DNA of 64,000 nt from an uncultured Actinomycetes bacterium (GTDB lineage Bacteria; Actinomycetota; Thermoleophilia; Gaiellales; JAICJC01): assembly GCA_963796875.1 (NCBI GenBank), contig CAWCNL010000002.1, positions 1,153,134 to 1,217,133 on the forward strand. The letters are read 5' to 3'. The notes under the pieces are model-generated. The model saw only the letters and a program-made list of their open reading frames with translations. It ran no database searches and had not been told where the DNA came from. The first letter of the stretch is position 1, and the number at the start of each line of letters is the position of its first letter. The position numbers and the translations under genes are program-made. Below are positions 49,919 through 60,320 of this stretch, piece by piece.

Positions 49919-51439
49919 ATGGCCACTGCCGCGGTTGAGGAACGAGAGCTCCTCAAATCGATCAGCTGGTTCGACGGATTTGTCGTCGCGCTGGCGAATC
50001 CCAGTTTCCTCATCACCAGCCTGGGCGGGTCTGTGCTCAGCCTCGGTGGTTGGGGTGCGGTCATCCTCTGGACCGTTTCGGTCCTCCTCGGGGCTCTGCA
50101 CAACTACATCTACTCCGAAACCGCCGCGATGTTCCCGAACCTCGCCGGCGGCATCGCCATCTACGCACACGAGGCGTGGAAAAAGTACCTCTCGTTCGTC
50201 GGCCCGATCGCGGCGTTCGGCTACTGGATCGGCTGGTCGGTGGTGCTCTCGGCGACAGGCGTGGTCGTGGGCCTGCTGGTGCAGGATCAGTGGTATCCGG
50301 CGTCGGCCGCGGCCGGCTCTGCGTGGAACCATCAGTGGTCAATTCTGGGTCAGTCGGTGTACATGACCTTCCCGATCGCGCTCACCGCGGTGATCATCAT
50401 TGCGATCTGGGCGTTCAACGTCGTCGGCATGCGGCCGGCGGTGTGGGTGGGCTACATCACCGGCGCGCTCTTGATGATCCCGCTGGCGGTCATGATCGTG
50501 CTTCCGTACCTGACCGGCGATTGGCATAGCTCCAACCTGCACAACAACATCAGCGCGACGGCGGGCTCGCTCGGAACCTCGAGCTTTACCCTCGTGATCG
50601 TGTGGCTGTACGCCATGTGCTGGTCGTCGTACGGCATGGAGTGCTGCGCCACGTTTGCTCCGGAGTACCACGACACCGCGCGTGATACGCCCAAGGCCCT
50701 GCGGGTCGCGGCCATCTTCGGCGTCATCACCTACGGCCTTCTGCCGATGGGTGCGATGGGGACGTTCGGCGACCAGAACATGACGGCCACCAATCTCTAC
50801 ACGTTCATGCCCGAGACGCTGCGCATCCTGCTTCCAGGGGCACTCGCCGGGCTTGCGGTGTTCTCGCTCTGCGCGGGCATCGTGCTGGCCATGAACACCG
50901 CCACGGCGGACGGGTCGCGGGCGCTCTACGGCATCTCGCAGGACGGCATGACCATCCGGTGGCTGGGCAAGCTGTCGAAGAAACACGTGCCCGCGAACGC
51001 GATGACGCTGGACGCGCTCCTGAACCTGTTCTTGCTGTGCACGTATGCCTATGACGTGCAGGGGGCGATCAAGATCCTGATCTTCTCGAATCTGGGGTAC
51101 GTGTTGTGCCACGTGTTCGCGATGTCAGGGTTCCTGTTGCTCAGGCGAGACAGGCCCAACTGGCCACGGCCGATCGCGGTCGGGAAGATCTGGGTACCGA
51201 TCGCCGCGGCGCTTGCGGCGTTCGACTTACTCCTGTTGATATGGGGTGGGTGGAACTCGGGCCTGGCCTGGGGTAACACCAACAAGACGGTGGTCGGCGA
51301 GGGCGTCGGCGTGTTGCTCATCGCCGCCGTGCTCTACATCTACCGCGTGAAGGTGCAGGAGAGGCGGCCGCTGGCGATGCGTCTGTGGGCACCAACGATG
51401 CCCGACGACAAGCCTCCGGTGGGCGCTGTAGTCGAGTAG
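49919..51439 (+). CDS. APC family amino acid/polyamine permease
   Basis: Intact 506-aa ORF with ~12 hydrophobic segments. AGGAGGG RBS upstream. Confidence 0.8.
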   Translation: MATAAVEERELLKSISWFDGFVVALANPSFLITSLGGSVLSLGGWGAVILWTVSVLLGALHNYIYSETAAMFPNLAGGIAIYAHEAWKKYLSFVGPIAAFGYWIGWSVVLSATGVVVGLLVQDQWYPASAAAGSAWNHQWSILGQSVYMTFPIALTAVIIIAIWAFNVVGMRPAVWVGYITGALLMIPLAVMIVLPYLTGDWHSSNLHNNISATAGSLGTSSFTLVIVWLYAMCWSSYGMECCATFAPEYHDTARDTPKALRVAAIFGVITYGLLPMGAMGTFGDQNMTATNLYTFMPETLRILLPGALAGLAVFSLCAGIVLAMNTATADGSRALYGISQDGMTIRWLGKLSKKHVPANAMTLDALLNLFLLCTYAYDVQGAIKILIFSNLGYVLCHVFAMSGFLLLRRDRPNWPRPIAVGKIWVPIAAALAAFDLLLLIWGGWNSGLAWGNTNKTVVGEGVGVLLIAAVLYIYRVKVQERRPLAMRLWAPTMPDDKPPVGAVVE

Positions 51440-51448
51440 ATCCGCATG

Positions 51449-51495
51449 CGGCCCGGGCATCCACGCGTCACGGATGCCCGGGCCGTTCGCATTTT
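51449..51495 (+). terminator. intrinsic terminator-like hairpin
   Basis: The 14-bp stem CGGCCCGGGCATCC / GGATGCCCGGGCCG (loop ACGCGTCAC) is followed by TTCGCATTTTG, starting 10 nt after the permease stop. Confidence 0.6.
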
Positions 51496-51570
51496 GCGAC
51501 CCGGCCCCTTGTCGTTGAGCCCGATCATCGGGCAACATACGCGCAACGAGGTTCTGATCCTGGGGGGCCA

Positions 51571-52053
51571 GTGAAGGTTCGCGATTCCATCACGATCGAC
51601 CCGCCGGTCGAGTCACCGGCAGAGGGACGGCGCAGCGGGACGGTGATCCTGGCGACGCTTGCCGTGCCGTTCGATCCCGAGGCGGTGCGGGTCGCGGCCC
51701 AGGCGGCGATCGAGACCGGCTCGCGGCTGATCGTCGTGGACGCGGTCGAGCGGCCGTGGTGGCCGATGGCGCTGACGATGCGCTACGCCGAGCTCGAGGA
51801 GGCTGAAGACCGCGCGCAGATCAAGGAGCTGGTGGGCCATATCGCGGGGCTGGGGATTGCAGTGGAGCATCTGCGGGTGCCGTCTCCGCGGCCGGTCGAC
51901 GCGCTGCTCGAGTTGGCCGGCGAGTACCAGGCAGGACTGCTCGTGCTCGGGCCTGACCGCTCGCGATTTCGGCCGCGGCTGTTCGCCCGCATCGCCAAGC
52001 GTGTGCGCAAGCGCTCGCCCTGCCTACTCTGGGTCACCGGCGAAGGGCCCTGA
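51571..52053 (+). CDS. universal stress protein-like (USP/adenine-nucleotide alpha-hydrolase fold)
   Basis: GTG 51571 within ORF 51385..52053. ..VILATLAVPFD.., ..LLVLGPDRS.. and ..CLLWV.. resemble the USP family layout. Weak assignment. Confidence 0.5.
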   Translation: MKVRDSITIDPPVESPAEGRRSGTVILATLAVPFDPEAVRVAAQAAIETGSRLIVVDAVERPWWPMALTMRYAELEEAEDRAQIKELVGHIAGLGIAVEHLRVPSPRPVDALLELAGEYQAGLLVLGPDRSRFRPRLFARIAKRVRKRSPCLLWVTGEGP

Positions 52054-52140
52054 GGCTGGTCCGCGCCGGCGGTGGCGGCGTCCCACGCCGTGTGCGGTGC
52101 TCGACGTGCAACGAGCGCACGCCTGCGCTCCGCTCACGGC

Positions 52141-52177
52141 TCGATCCTTGCCACCACCACCGCGTCCTGCGCCTCAC
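52141..52177. repeat. 37-nt dispersed repeat, copy 2
   Basis: TCGATCCTTGCCACCACCACCGCGTCCTGCGCCTCAC matches 24511-24547 at 35 of 37 positions. Lies directly upstream of the 52185 palindrome. Confidence 0.8.
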
Positions 52178-52184
52178 CTCAGGA

Positions 52185-52215
52185 TGAATAACAGGGGTCA
52201 GACCCCTGTTATTCA
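52185..52215. repeat. simple palindromic repeat, GGGGTC-A-GACCCC family (31-nt perfect)
   Basis: TGAATAACAGGGGTC A GACCCCTGTTATTCA, between the convergent USP-like and flavin reductase genes. Confidence 0.9.
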
Positions 52216-52229
52216 CAGTTTCCGTCCGG

Positions 52230-52763
52230 CTACCAGCTGCCGGCGATGCCGATCACGCGGCCGCGCGGCACGAGCGCATCCTCGTCGAGTCCGCCAAATG
52301 CCCCACGGTGGAAGATCAGCGGCTCGCCGCCCGAGCCTTCGAAGTCGGTCACCTCTCCGACCACCAGGTCGTGGTCGCCGGCGGTGAACACATGCGCGAC
52401 CTCGCAGCGCAGGATCGCCAGCGAATGCCGTACCACCACGAATCCCGCGGGATCGACCACGGTGTGGCCGTCAGGAAATGGCGCGCCGGGCTTGGCAAAC
52501 GCCAGAGCCACGTCGCGCTGGCGGCGGTGCAGCACGTTCACCGCGAACCGTTCGCTCTGGCGGATCTTCTCGAGCGTGCGGGTGCCATGGGCCAGCGACA
52601 CCAGGATCATCAGCGGATCGAGCGACACCGAAGTGAACGAGTTCAGCGTCATTCCGGCACGCGAATCGCCGTAGCGGGTGGTGACCACAGTGACGCCTGT
52701 CGCAAATGCGCCCACCACGTCGCGGAAGTCGAGCCTGCGCGCCGGGTCGATGTGCATTGCCAT
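52230..52763 (-). CDS. flavin reductase family protein (FMN-binding split barrel)
   Basis: From ATG 52763 in ORF 52230..52793. ..FRDVVGAFATGVTVVTT.., ..GMTLNSFTSVSLDPP-like... Confidence 0.8.
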   Translation of the reverse strand: MAMHIDPARRLDFRDVVGAFATGVTVVTTRYGDSRAGMTLNSFTSVSLDPLMILVSLAHGTRTLEKIRQSERFAVNVLHRRQRDVALAFAKPGAPFPDGHTVVDPAGFVVVRHSLAILRCEVAHVFTAGDHDLVVGEVTDFEGSGGEPLIFHRGAFGGLDEDALVPRGRVIGIAGSW

Positions 52764-52783
52764 GTGACGATCATAATAGGCCC

Positions 52784-53545
52784 ATGCCACCAACCGGAAG
52801 ACCTGCAGAGCGTCATCTGGCCGCTGTCGAGCGCGCGACCCGCGTGCTGGATGCCTTTCTGCAGCAGCCTGCAGAGGCCCGCGCGACGGATATTGCCCAG
52901 ATCACGGGCATCAATCCGTCCTCGGTCTCGCGCATCCTCGCGACGCTGGTGGCGGCAGGCTATGTCGAGCACCTGCCGTCCACCGGCCGCTATCGGCTGG
53001 GGACGCACCTGCTGGCGCTGGCCAACCATGTGCTCGCCGGCATCGACGTGCGCGCGATCGCCCGCGGTCACCTCACAGCGTTGGTCGAGGAGACCGGCGA
53101 GACCGCCACCCTCTCGATCCCCGGCGACACCGATGCGGTCACTGTCGACTTCGTGGCGAGTGCGGCGTCGGTCGTGAGCGTCGCGCGCGTCGGCCGGCCC
53201 AGCGTCGGCCACGCGACGGCAGCGGGCAAGGTGGGCCTGGCGTTCGGACGGTCAGTGCCGGCGGCGGTGCTCGAGCCGCTGACCGATCGCACCATCACCG
53301 ACCCCCAGGCGCTCGGACGGGCGCTCGACCAGGTGCGCGCTGCGGGATGGGCCCGGGCGGAGGGCGAGCGCGAGGCCGATCTGAACGCGATCGCGGCGCC
53401 GGTATTCGGGCCGGGCGCAGAGCTCGTGGCGATCCTGGGGCTGCAGGGGCCGGCGGGCCGGTTCGACCACGCTTCGCAGGACGCTGCCGCAGCGCACCTG
53501 CTGCGCCACGCCGCCGAGATCAGCCGCTCTCTGGGTGGTGAATAG
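52784..53545 (+). CDS. IclR family transcriptional regulator
   Basis: From ATG 52784 in ORF 52706..53545. A winged HTH (..ATDIAQITGINPSSVSRILATLVAAGYV..) plus an IclR effector domain. Confidence 0.85.
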   Translation: MPPTGRPAERHLAAVERATRVLDAFLQQPAEARATDIAQITGINPSSVSRILATLVAAGYVEHLPSTGRYRLGTHLLALANHVLAGIDVRAIARGHLTALVEETGETATLSIPGDTDAVTVDFVASAASVVSVARVGRPSVGHATAAGKVGLAFGRSVPAAVLEPLTDRTITDPQALGRALDQVRAAGWARAEGEREADLNAIAAPVFGPGAELVAILGLQGPAGRFDHASQDAAAAHLLRHAAEISRSLGGE

Positions 53546-53639
53546 AAGGGGTCAGCGCAGTTTCTATTCACCAGACGAGCTGACAGTACACCTGCAGCCG
53601 TTGGCGTGAATAGAAACTGCGCTGACACCTTCTATTCAC
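53538..53639. repeat. composite palindromic element (102 bp; 34-nt arms, 34-nt spacer), GTGAATAG subtype
   Basis: Left arm GTGAATAGAAGGGGTCAGCGCAGTTTCTATTCAC; right arm GTGAATAGAAACTGCGCTGACACCTTCTATTCAC (one mismatch). Contains the IclR TAG (53543-53545) and the ligase TAG on the minus strand (53632-53634). Confidence 0.9.
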
Positions 53640-55185
53640 GTTCGCGCTCGACCAGCACTCGGCGCAGCAGCTTGCCCGAGGCCGACTTCGGGATCTCGTC
53701 GATCACCTCGATCGCGCGGATGCGCTCGTGCGGGGCGACGTTGGCGGCCACGAACGCCATCACCTCGTCCGGGTCGAGCTCGCCGCGGGCCACCACGAAC
53801 GCTTTCGGGATCTCGCCGGCCTCCTCGTCGGGCGCGCCCACCACACACGCGTCGGCCACGTCGTCGCGCGTCAAGAGCAGCGCCTCGAGCATCGCCGGCG
53901 GCACCTGGTAGCCCTTGTACTTGATCAGCTCCTTGACGCGGTCGACGATCCGCCACGTACCGTCGGGGTCGGCCACCGCCACGTCGCCGGTGTGCAGCCA
54001 ACCGTCCGGGTCGAGCGTGTAGGCGGTCGCCGCGTCGTCGTCCATGTAGCCGATCATCACCTGCGGGCCACGTACCAGCAGCTCGCCGGGCTGGCCCGGC
54101 TCGACGTCGGTGCCGGTCTCGATGCCGATCACCCGCGCCTCGGTGTTCGGCACAAGGCTCCCGACCGATCCGGGCACCACCGGCGCGTCGCGCGGCATGC
54201 AGTGGGTCACCGGGCTTGCCTCGGTCATCCCGTAGCCCTGCTGGCAGCGTGCGCCCACGCGCCGCGAGGCCGCCTCCTCCAGCTCGGCGTCGAGCGGCGC
54301 GGCGCCCGAGTTGATCAGGTCGAGCGAGCTGAGGTCGTACTGGTCGACCAGCGGGTGCTTGGCCAGGGCGACCATGATCGGCGGCACCACCGCGGCGACG
54401 GTCAGGCGGTGATCCTGGATCATCGCCAGGAACTGCTCGAGGTCGAACCGCGGCATCGTCACCACCGTCGCCCCGTTTGCCAGGCCGAGGTTCATGACCG
54501 CGGTCTGGCCGTAGATGTGGAAGAACGGCAGCACCCCGGCAAGCACGTCGTCCTCGCGGATCTGGAAGTGCGCCTGGCTCTGGATCAGATTTGCCACCAG
54601 GTTGCGATGCGTCAGCTTGACGCCCTTGGCAAACCCGGTGGTGCCGCTCGAGTACGGCAGCGCCGCAAGGGCGGTGGAGGGTCGAGCTGCGGCGCCCACA
54701 ACCCTGCGGGGTCGCCCAGCAGTTCGGCGAACGGTGTGGTGCCGATCCGCGGCGTCGAACGTGAACACCTCCTCGATACCCGCGGCGGCAGCCGCCGGCA
54801 GCGCGCGGTCGAGCATCGGCCCGACCGTGATCAGAAACCGCGCCCGGGCGGTGCGCAGCTGGTTCTCGAGTTCGCCCTGGGTGTAGAGCGCGTTGACCGT
54901 GGTGTTCACACCGCCGGCCAGCCCGACGCCCAGAAACGCGGGTGCGTACTCGGGCAGGTTGGGGGCGAAGATTCCCACGGTCTCGCCGACCTCCAATCCG
55001 CGGGCCTGCAGGCCCGCGGCGACCGCCTGGGTCATCCCCACGAGCTGGGCGAAGGTGATGGTGCGGCCGGTGGGCAGGTCGATCAGCGCGGGCTTGGCGT
55101 CGCGGCCCTCGGCGCCGCGCAGCACGAACTCGGGCAGCGAGACATCGGGGATCTCGATCGGCGGGGCGCTGCTTCGATAGATCAT
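53632..55185 (-). CDS. AMP-dependent acyl-CoA synthetase/ligase (4-coumarate-CoA-ligase-like)
   Basis: From ATG 55185 (AAGGAG RBS) in ORF 53632..55341. Motifs LPYSSGTTGFAKGV, GYGMTE and ..PKSASGKLLRR. A ~70-nt internal stretch looks out of frame (see findings). Confidence 0.85.
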   Translation of the reverse strand: MIYRSSAPPIEIPDVSLPEFVLRGAEGRDAKPALIDLPTGRTITFAQLVGMTQAVAAGLQARGLEVGETVGIFAPNLPEYAPAFLGVGLAGGVNTTVNALYTQGELENQLRTARARFLITVGPMLDRALPAAAAAGIEEVFTFDAADRHHTVRRTAGRPRRVVGAAARPSTALAALPYSSGTTGFAKGVKLTHRNLVANLIQSQAHFQIREDDVLAGVLPFFHIYGQTAVMNLGLANGATVVTMPRFDLEQFLAMIQDHRLTVAAVVPPIMVALAKHPLVDQYDLSSLDLINSGAAPLDAELEEAASRRVGARCQQGYGMTEASPVTHCMPRDAPVVPGSVGSLVPNTEARVIGIETGTDVEPGQPGELLVRGPQVMIGYMDDDAATAYTLDPDGWLHTGDVAVADPDGTWRIVDRVKELIKYKGYQVPPAMLEALLLTRDDVADACVVGAPDEEAGEIPKAFVVARGELDPDEVMAFVAANVAPHERIRAIEVIDEIPKSASGKLLRRVLVERERE

Positions 55186-55196
55186 CCTCGCTCCTT

Positions 55197-56958
55197 TCAC
55201 ACCTCGGCGACGGCCGCCTTGCCGGCCGTGATCATCTCGGCCAGCGCAGCAGTCTCGGGCAGGATTCGCAGCGCGAAGAACCGCGCAGTGTCGAGCTTCT
55301 GGGCGCAGAACTCGGGGTCGAGCCCCTCGCCGCGCAGGCACTCATCGGCCATCCGCAGCCACAGCCAGCCGAAGGTGGCCAGCGCGAAGAGGCGCAGGTA
55401 GTCGGTGGCGGCCGCGGCGGCCTCCTCGCGGTCGCGCAGGCCGGCCTCGGCCACCCAGAGGGTCGCATCCTGCAGACGCCTGAAGGCGAGCTGCGCCTGG
55501 GCGTGGATCTGCTCCGCCCCCTCGGCGGGCGGTTGGGCGAGCTGCGCGTCGAGCCGGTGGAAGAACCGGCGCAGCAGCCGGCCCTGGTGCATCGCCAGCT
55601 TGCGGCCCACCAGGTCGAGCGCCTGAACGCCGTTGGTGCCCTCGTAGATCTGGCTGATGCGCGCGTCGCGGGCCAGCTGTTCGACGCCCGACTCGGTGAT
55701 GTATCCGTGCCCGCCGTAGACGCCGATCGCGAGCCCTGCCGCCTCGGTGCCGTTGTCGGTGCACGCAGCCTTGATCACGGGCGTGAGCAGCGCCACCAGG
55801 TCATCGGCCTCCTCGCGGCGGCCGGGATCGGGATGGTGGTGCGACGATGTCCATCTGGGCGGCCGCCCACAGCGCCAGCGCGCGGCCCGCCTCGGTCAGC
55901 GCGCGCATGCGCAGCAGCGCCCGGCGCACGTCGGCGTGCCGGATGATCGGATCGGCCTGGCCCCGCGGCGTGCCCGGCGCACGGCCCTGGCGGCGCTCGC
56001 GGGCGTAGGCGAGTGCCGACTGGTAGGCGATCTCGCCGATGCCGACCCCCTGGACGCCGACTCCGAGCCGGGCGCGGTTCATCATGGTGAACATCTGCGC
56101 CATGCCGGTGTGCGGCTCGCCCACCAGCTCAGCGTGGGCGGCGTCGAAGTTGAGCACGCACGTGGCGGAGCCCTTGATGCCCATCTTGTGCTCGATCGAC
56201 CCGCACGACACGCCGTTTCGCGCACCGGTCGCGCCGTCGTCGCCCACCCGCAGGCGCGGCACGATGAACAGCGAGATCCCGGCCGTCCCCACCGGCGCGT
56301 CGGGCAGCCGCGCGAGCACCAGGTGCACGATCTGCTCGGTCAGGTCGTGCTCACCGGCGGTGATGAAGATCTTGGTGCCGGTGACCCGGTAGCCACCGTC
56401 GAGGGGTCGGGCTCGGCGCGGGTGGTGAGCAGGCCCAGGTCGGTACCGGCCTGCGGCTCGGTGAGGCACATCGTGCCGCTCCACTCGCCGCTGGCAAGCC
56501 GCGGGACGTAGCGGCCGATCTGCTCGTCCGACGCGTGGGCGCACAGCGCCGCGGCGGCCCCCGCGGTGAGCAGCGGGTAGGTGGCAAAGGCGAGGTTGCT
56601 CGAGCAGGTGATCTCCTCGTAACACACCGCGAGGGTCTCGGGCAGGCCGCTGCCACCGCGATCTGCGTCGATCGCAAGCCCACACCAGCCACCTTCTACC
56701 AGCGCGCGGTGGGCTTCACGGAAACCCGCTCGGCGTGGTCACCGCACCGTCCTCGAACCGGCACCCCTCTGCATCGCCGACGGGGTTCAACGGCAGCAGC
56801 ACCTCCTGGCCGAACTCCGCCGCCTGGGCGATCACTGCGCGCGCAGTCTCGAGCGACGCCTCCTCGAATCCCGGCAGCGCGGCGATCGTGTGCTCGTAGT
56901 CCAGCATCCGTTCGAGGTTGAACGCGAAATCGGCGAGCGGTGCCTGGTAGCGCTGCAT
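55197..56958 (-). pseudogene. acyl-CoA dehydrogenase (long FadE-type), three frameshifts
   Basis: Pieces: ORF 56716..57120 (from ATG 56958), the frame of ORF 56340..56627, ORF 55801..56685 and ORF 55197..55796. Frame switches at ~56719-56727, ~56398-56408 and ~55838-55848. Confidence 0.85.
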
Positions 56959-59070
56959 CAGTTTCGCAGCGGCTTTCCGGTGGCCAGCATGTGGCTGATG
57001 CGCTCGACCGTCTGCGGCTGCCGGATGAGCCCGTCGATGCCCTGCAGCTCGAGCACCGAGAGGGCACTCTCGGGCAGCGGTTCGGTGGGATCGCCGTCGT
57101 CGCCGCCGGTCAGTACCCACGCGTAGCGGCCCACCAGCTCGAGGTCATAGGCGCTGGCGCCGAGCATCGGTGCGCGCTGCGCGGCGGTCAGCTCGAGCGT
57201 GGCCCGCCCGGAGGGGCCGGCGACGGTGAGCAGCGGCGGCTCGGGAGGCGCGTAGCCGTCGGCCAGCTCGAGCGCGAACCCCAGCGCATCGGCCAGCAGC
57301 CGGTCGCGGTTGGCGGTGACCCGGTCGGCCGGCCGCAGGTAGCCGATCTCCTGGGCGTTCTGGGCGGACGTCGACACCTGTGCAGCGGCGATCACCTCGA
57401 ACGCGGCGGCGGCGGCCGGCATCGGCCCGCCGGGTTGCCGGGCGGCCATGCGTTGCAGAAGCTCCTTGCACCCGCCCCACGCGGGCAGCAGTCCCACGCC
57501 CAGCTCGACCAGGCCCATGTACGTCTCGGTGTGCGCCTGCACCGCGTCGCAGTGCAGCAGTACCTCGCAGCCGCCGCCCAGCGCCCGCCCCGACGGTGCG
57601 CCGATCACCGGAAACGGCGCGTACTTGAGCGCGTTGAACGCGGCCTGCCCGCGGTCGCCGAATTCCTCCAGCCGGTGCCATGCGGCGACGTTTGCCATCA
57701 TCAGGATGTGGCCGAGATTGCCGCCGGTGCAGAAGAACCGGCCGTCGTTATAGATCACTGCGGCGCGATAGCGGCCTGCGGCTCGCGCAACGGTCAGCTC
57801 GAGGATGTCGAGCACCGCATCGTCGATCGCGTTGGCCTTGGTGTGGACCTCGAGCACCGCGACGCCGTCCCCGGCATCCCACAGTGTCGCGGCATCGTTG
57901 TGCTCGAATGGCTCGCGGTCGCGCAGATCGGCCAGCGTGCGCGTGCCGGGCCGGCGTACCGCCGGCGGCGCAGGCGTACCGGTCAGCTCGGCAGCCATGG
58001 CGAACGGGCCGCGCTTCCAGTTGTAACCGCGCGTCATCGCCAGGTCGATCAGCTCGGGCCGGTCGGTGACCTCGGGCACCATCGCCACGGCGTAGGCCAG
58101 CACGCGGTCGCGCACGGTCTCAGCGTAGGCGCGCTCGCGGCGGTCGGCCGGGGCGTCTGCACCGGCCGGTACTCGAAGGACTCGAGGTCGAGCGCGAGCC
58201 GCTGTGATCCTTCCCGCGCGTAGAACCCACGACCGCTGCTGCGGCCGGTCGCGCCCATCTGCATCATCCGCTCGAACACGTGCATCTGCGGGGGCACCTG
58301 GTGCCACGCGTCGGCGGCCGGCAGCAGCCGGTCGAGCGAGCCGGTGACGTGCTCGTGCAGCCCGATGCCGACCAGATCCATCAGCCCGAACACCCCGGTG
58401 CGGGGCGTGCCCATCACCTGCTGCATGGCGGCGTCGGCCTCCTCCACGGTGATTCCGCGGGCCAGCGCCTCGCCGATCGCGGTGGCGATCCAGTACACGC
58501 CGAGGCGGTTGGCGACGAATCCCGGCGTGTCGTTGCAGCGCACCACGGCCTTGCCCATGCGCACGTCGGCGAACTGATCCACCGCTTCGACCGCTTCGGC
58601 CCGGGTGTCGTTGGCGGGCGACGATTTCGAGCAGCTGCATGTAGCGCGGCGGGTTGAAGAAGTGCGTGATCAGGAAATCGGCGCCGAGCGCGGGCGGCGC
58701 GCCGTCCAGCAGCTGCGCCAGCGGGATGGTGGAGGTGTTCGAGCTGACGATCGATCCCGGCTTGCGCGCCGCGTCGAGCCGCGCGTACAGCTCGCGCTTG
58801 GCGTCCAGATCCTCGACGATCGCCTCGACGATCCAGTCGGCGTCGCCCATCGCGGCGAGGTCGTCGAGCGAGCCCGGGCGTGATGCGCCGGCCCGCGCGC
58901 GCATCGACCAGCGGCGGCGGCTTTCGCCGAGGCAGGCCCGCGGCGGCCGTGTGAGCGGCATCGCCCAGGTCGAGCATGGTCACCGCCACGCCGGCGTTTG
59001 CCAGGTGCGCGGCGATTCCCGCCCCCATCGTGCCCGACCCGATCACCGCGGCCGAGCGGATGTCGGTCAC
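56958..59070 (-). pseudogene. 3-hydroxyacyl-CoA dehydrogenase / enoyl-CoA hydratase fusion protein, three frameshifts
   Basis: GTG 59070 (..AVIGSGTMGAGIA.. NAD fold, in the frame of ORF 58414..60306), then the ORF 56958..58961 frame, then ORF 58049..58582, then back to the 56958..58961 frame (crotonase-like C-terminal part). Frame switches at ~58872-58880, ~58610-58622 and ~58148-58160. Confidence 0.8.
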
Positions 59071-60192
59071 AGCCGCTCCAGCACGGTGGCGATTCCCTGG
59101 CCGCCGCCGATGCACTGGGTGGCGAGCGCGTAGCGGCCATCCTCGCGCTGCAGCAGCTGCGCGGCCTTGCCGGTGATGCGCGCGCCGGTGGCGCCCAGCG
59201 GGTGACCGAGCGCGATCGCGCCCCCGTCCAGATTCACGCCGGCGGGATCGAGGCCCAGCTGATCGATGCACGCCAGCGCCTGCGAGGCGAACGCTTCGTT
59301 CAGCTCGACGACGTCGATGTCGGCCACATCGATGCCGGCCCGCTCGAGAGCCTTGCGGGTGGCGGCCACCGGGCCGATGCCCATCACCGCGGGGTCGCAG
59401 CCGGCCACCGCGAACGAGCGGATCGCGGCGAGCGGCTCCAGATCGTGCTCGTGGGCGAACCGCTCGCTGGTGACCAGCACGGCGGCGGCGCCGTCGGTCA
59501 GCGGCGACGACGTGTCCGGCCGTTACCGAGCCCTGCGGCGCGAACGCCGGTTTCAGCTCGGCGAGGCCGGTGAGGGTGGTGTCGGGCCGCGGGCATCCGT
59601 CCGCCGTCACGCCCGCCACCGGGATGATCTCGGTCTCGAGCCGCCCGCCCGCGACGGCCGCGGCGGTCTTCTGCTGGCTCTCGAGCGCGAACTGCTCCTG
59701 CCGCTCGCGGGGCACGTCGAACCGCCCGGCCACGTTCTCGGCGGTCTCGCCCATCGTCATGTACATGTCGGGGTAGGACTCGACCAGCGCCGGGTTGTAG
59801 AGCGGGTTGAAGCCGCCCATCGGAACGCGGCTCATCGACTCGACACCGGCACAGATGTATGCCTCGCCCGCGCCCATCGCAATCGACCCGGCGGCGGTGT
59901 GCACGGCCTGCATCGATGAGCCGCAGAACCGGTTGATCGTGGATCCGGCCACCGAGCGCGGCAGCCCGGCGAGGATCGCGACGATGCGGCCCAGGTTCAT
60001 GCCCTGCTCGCCCTCCGGAAAGGCACAGCCCAGCGTGACGTCCTCGATCAGAGCGGGATCGACCCCCGAGCGTTGCACCAGCTCGGCGACGGTGGCGGCG
60101 GCCAGATCATCGGGCCGTACCCGCGCGAACGCCCCGCGCCTGGCCGGCTGAAATGGTGAACGCACATATCCGGCGACGACGGTTCGCTCCAC
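59067..60192 (-). pseudogene. acetyl-CoA C-acyltransferase (thiolase), one frameshift
   Basis: GTG 60192 in the frame of ORF 58414..60306 (..NRFCGSSMQAV.. active-site Cys region), continuing in ORF 59067..59480 (..NEAFASQ.., ..GHPLGATG.., ..CIGGGQG..). Frame switch at ~59511-59521. Confidence 0.85.
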
Positions 60193-60213
60193 GCCTCGAT
60201 CATAGAGCGCATA

Positions 60214-60232
60214 CCCCGTGCCAGGCACGGGG
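60214..60232. repeat. degenerate member of the GTGCC-N-GGCAC palindrome family
   Basis: CCCCGTGCC A GGCACGGGG with flanks GCGCATA / ATAGTCGC (compare 6823-6855). Lies in the divergent intergenic region between the thiolase and FAD oxidoreductase genes. Confidence 0.7.
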
Positions 60233-60320
60233 ATAGTCGCGTTAGGCATCGCACGGTGGTACTCTGTACGAGAAATGGAAATGGCATTGCCGTAGGGGCA
60301 ATGCAACCGAAAGGATCGGC

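Noticed and set aside
60193-60306. Longer thiolase N-terminus starting at ATG 60249 or TTG 60306, as in the ORF track.
   Set aside because: The extension would translate through the 60214-60232 palindrome and adds residues unlike thiolase N-termini. GTG 60192 gives VERTVVAGYVRSPF.., which resembles the usual start.
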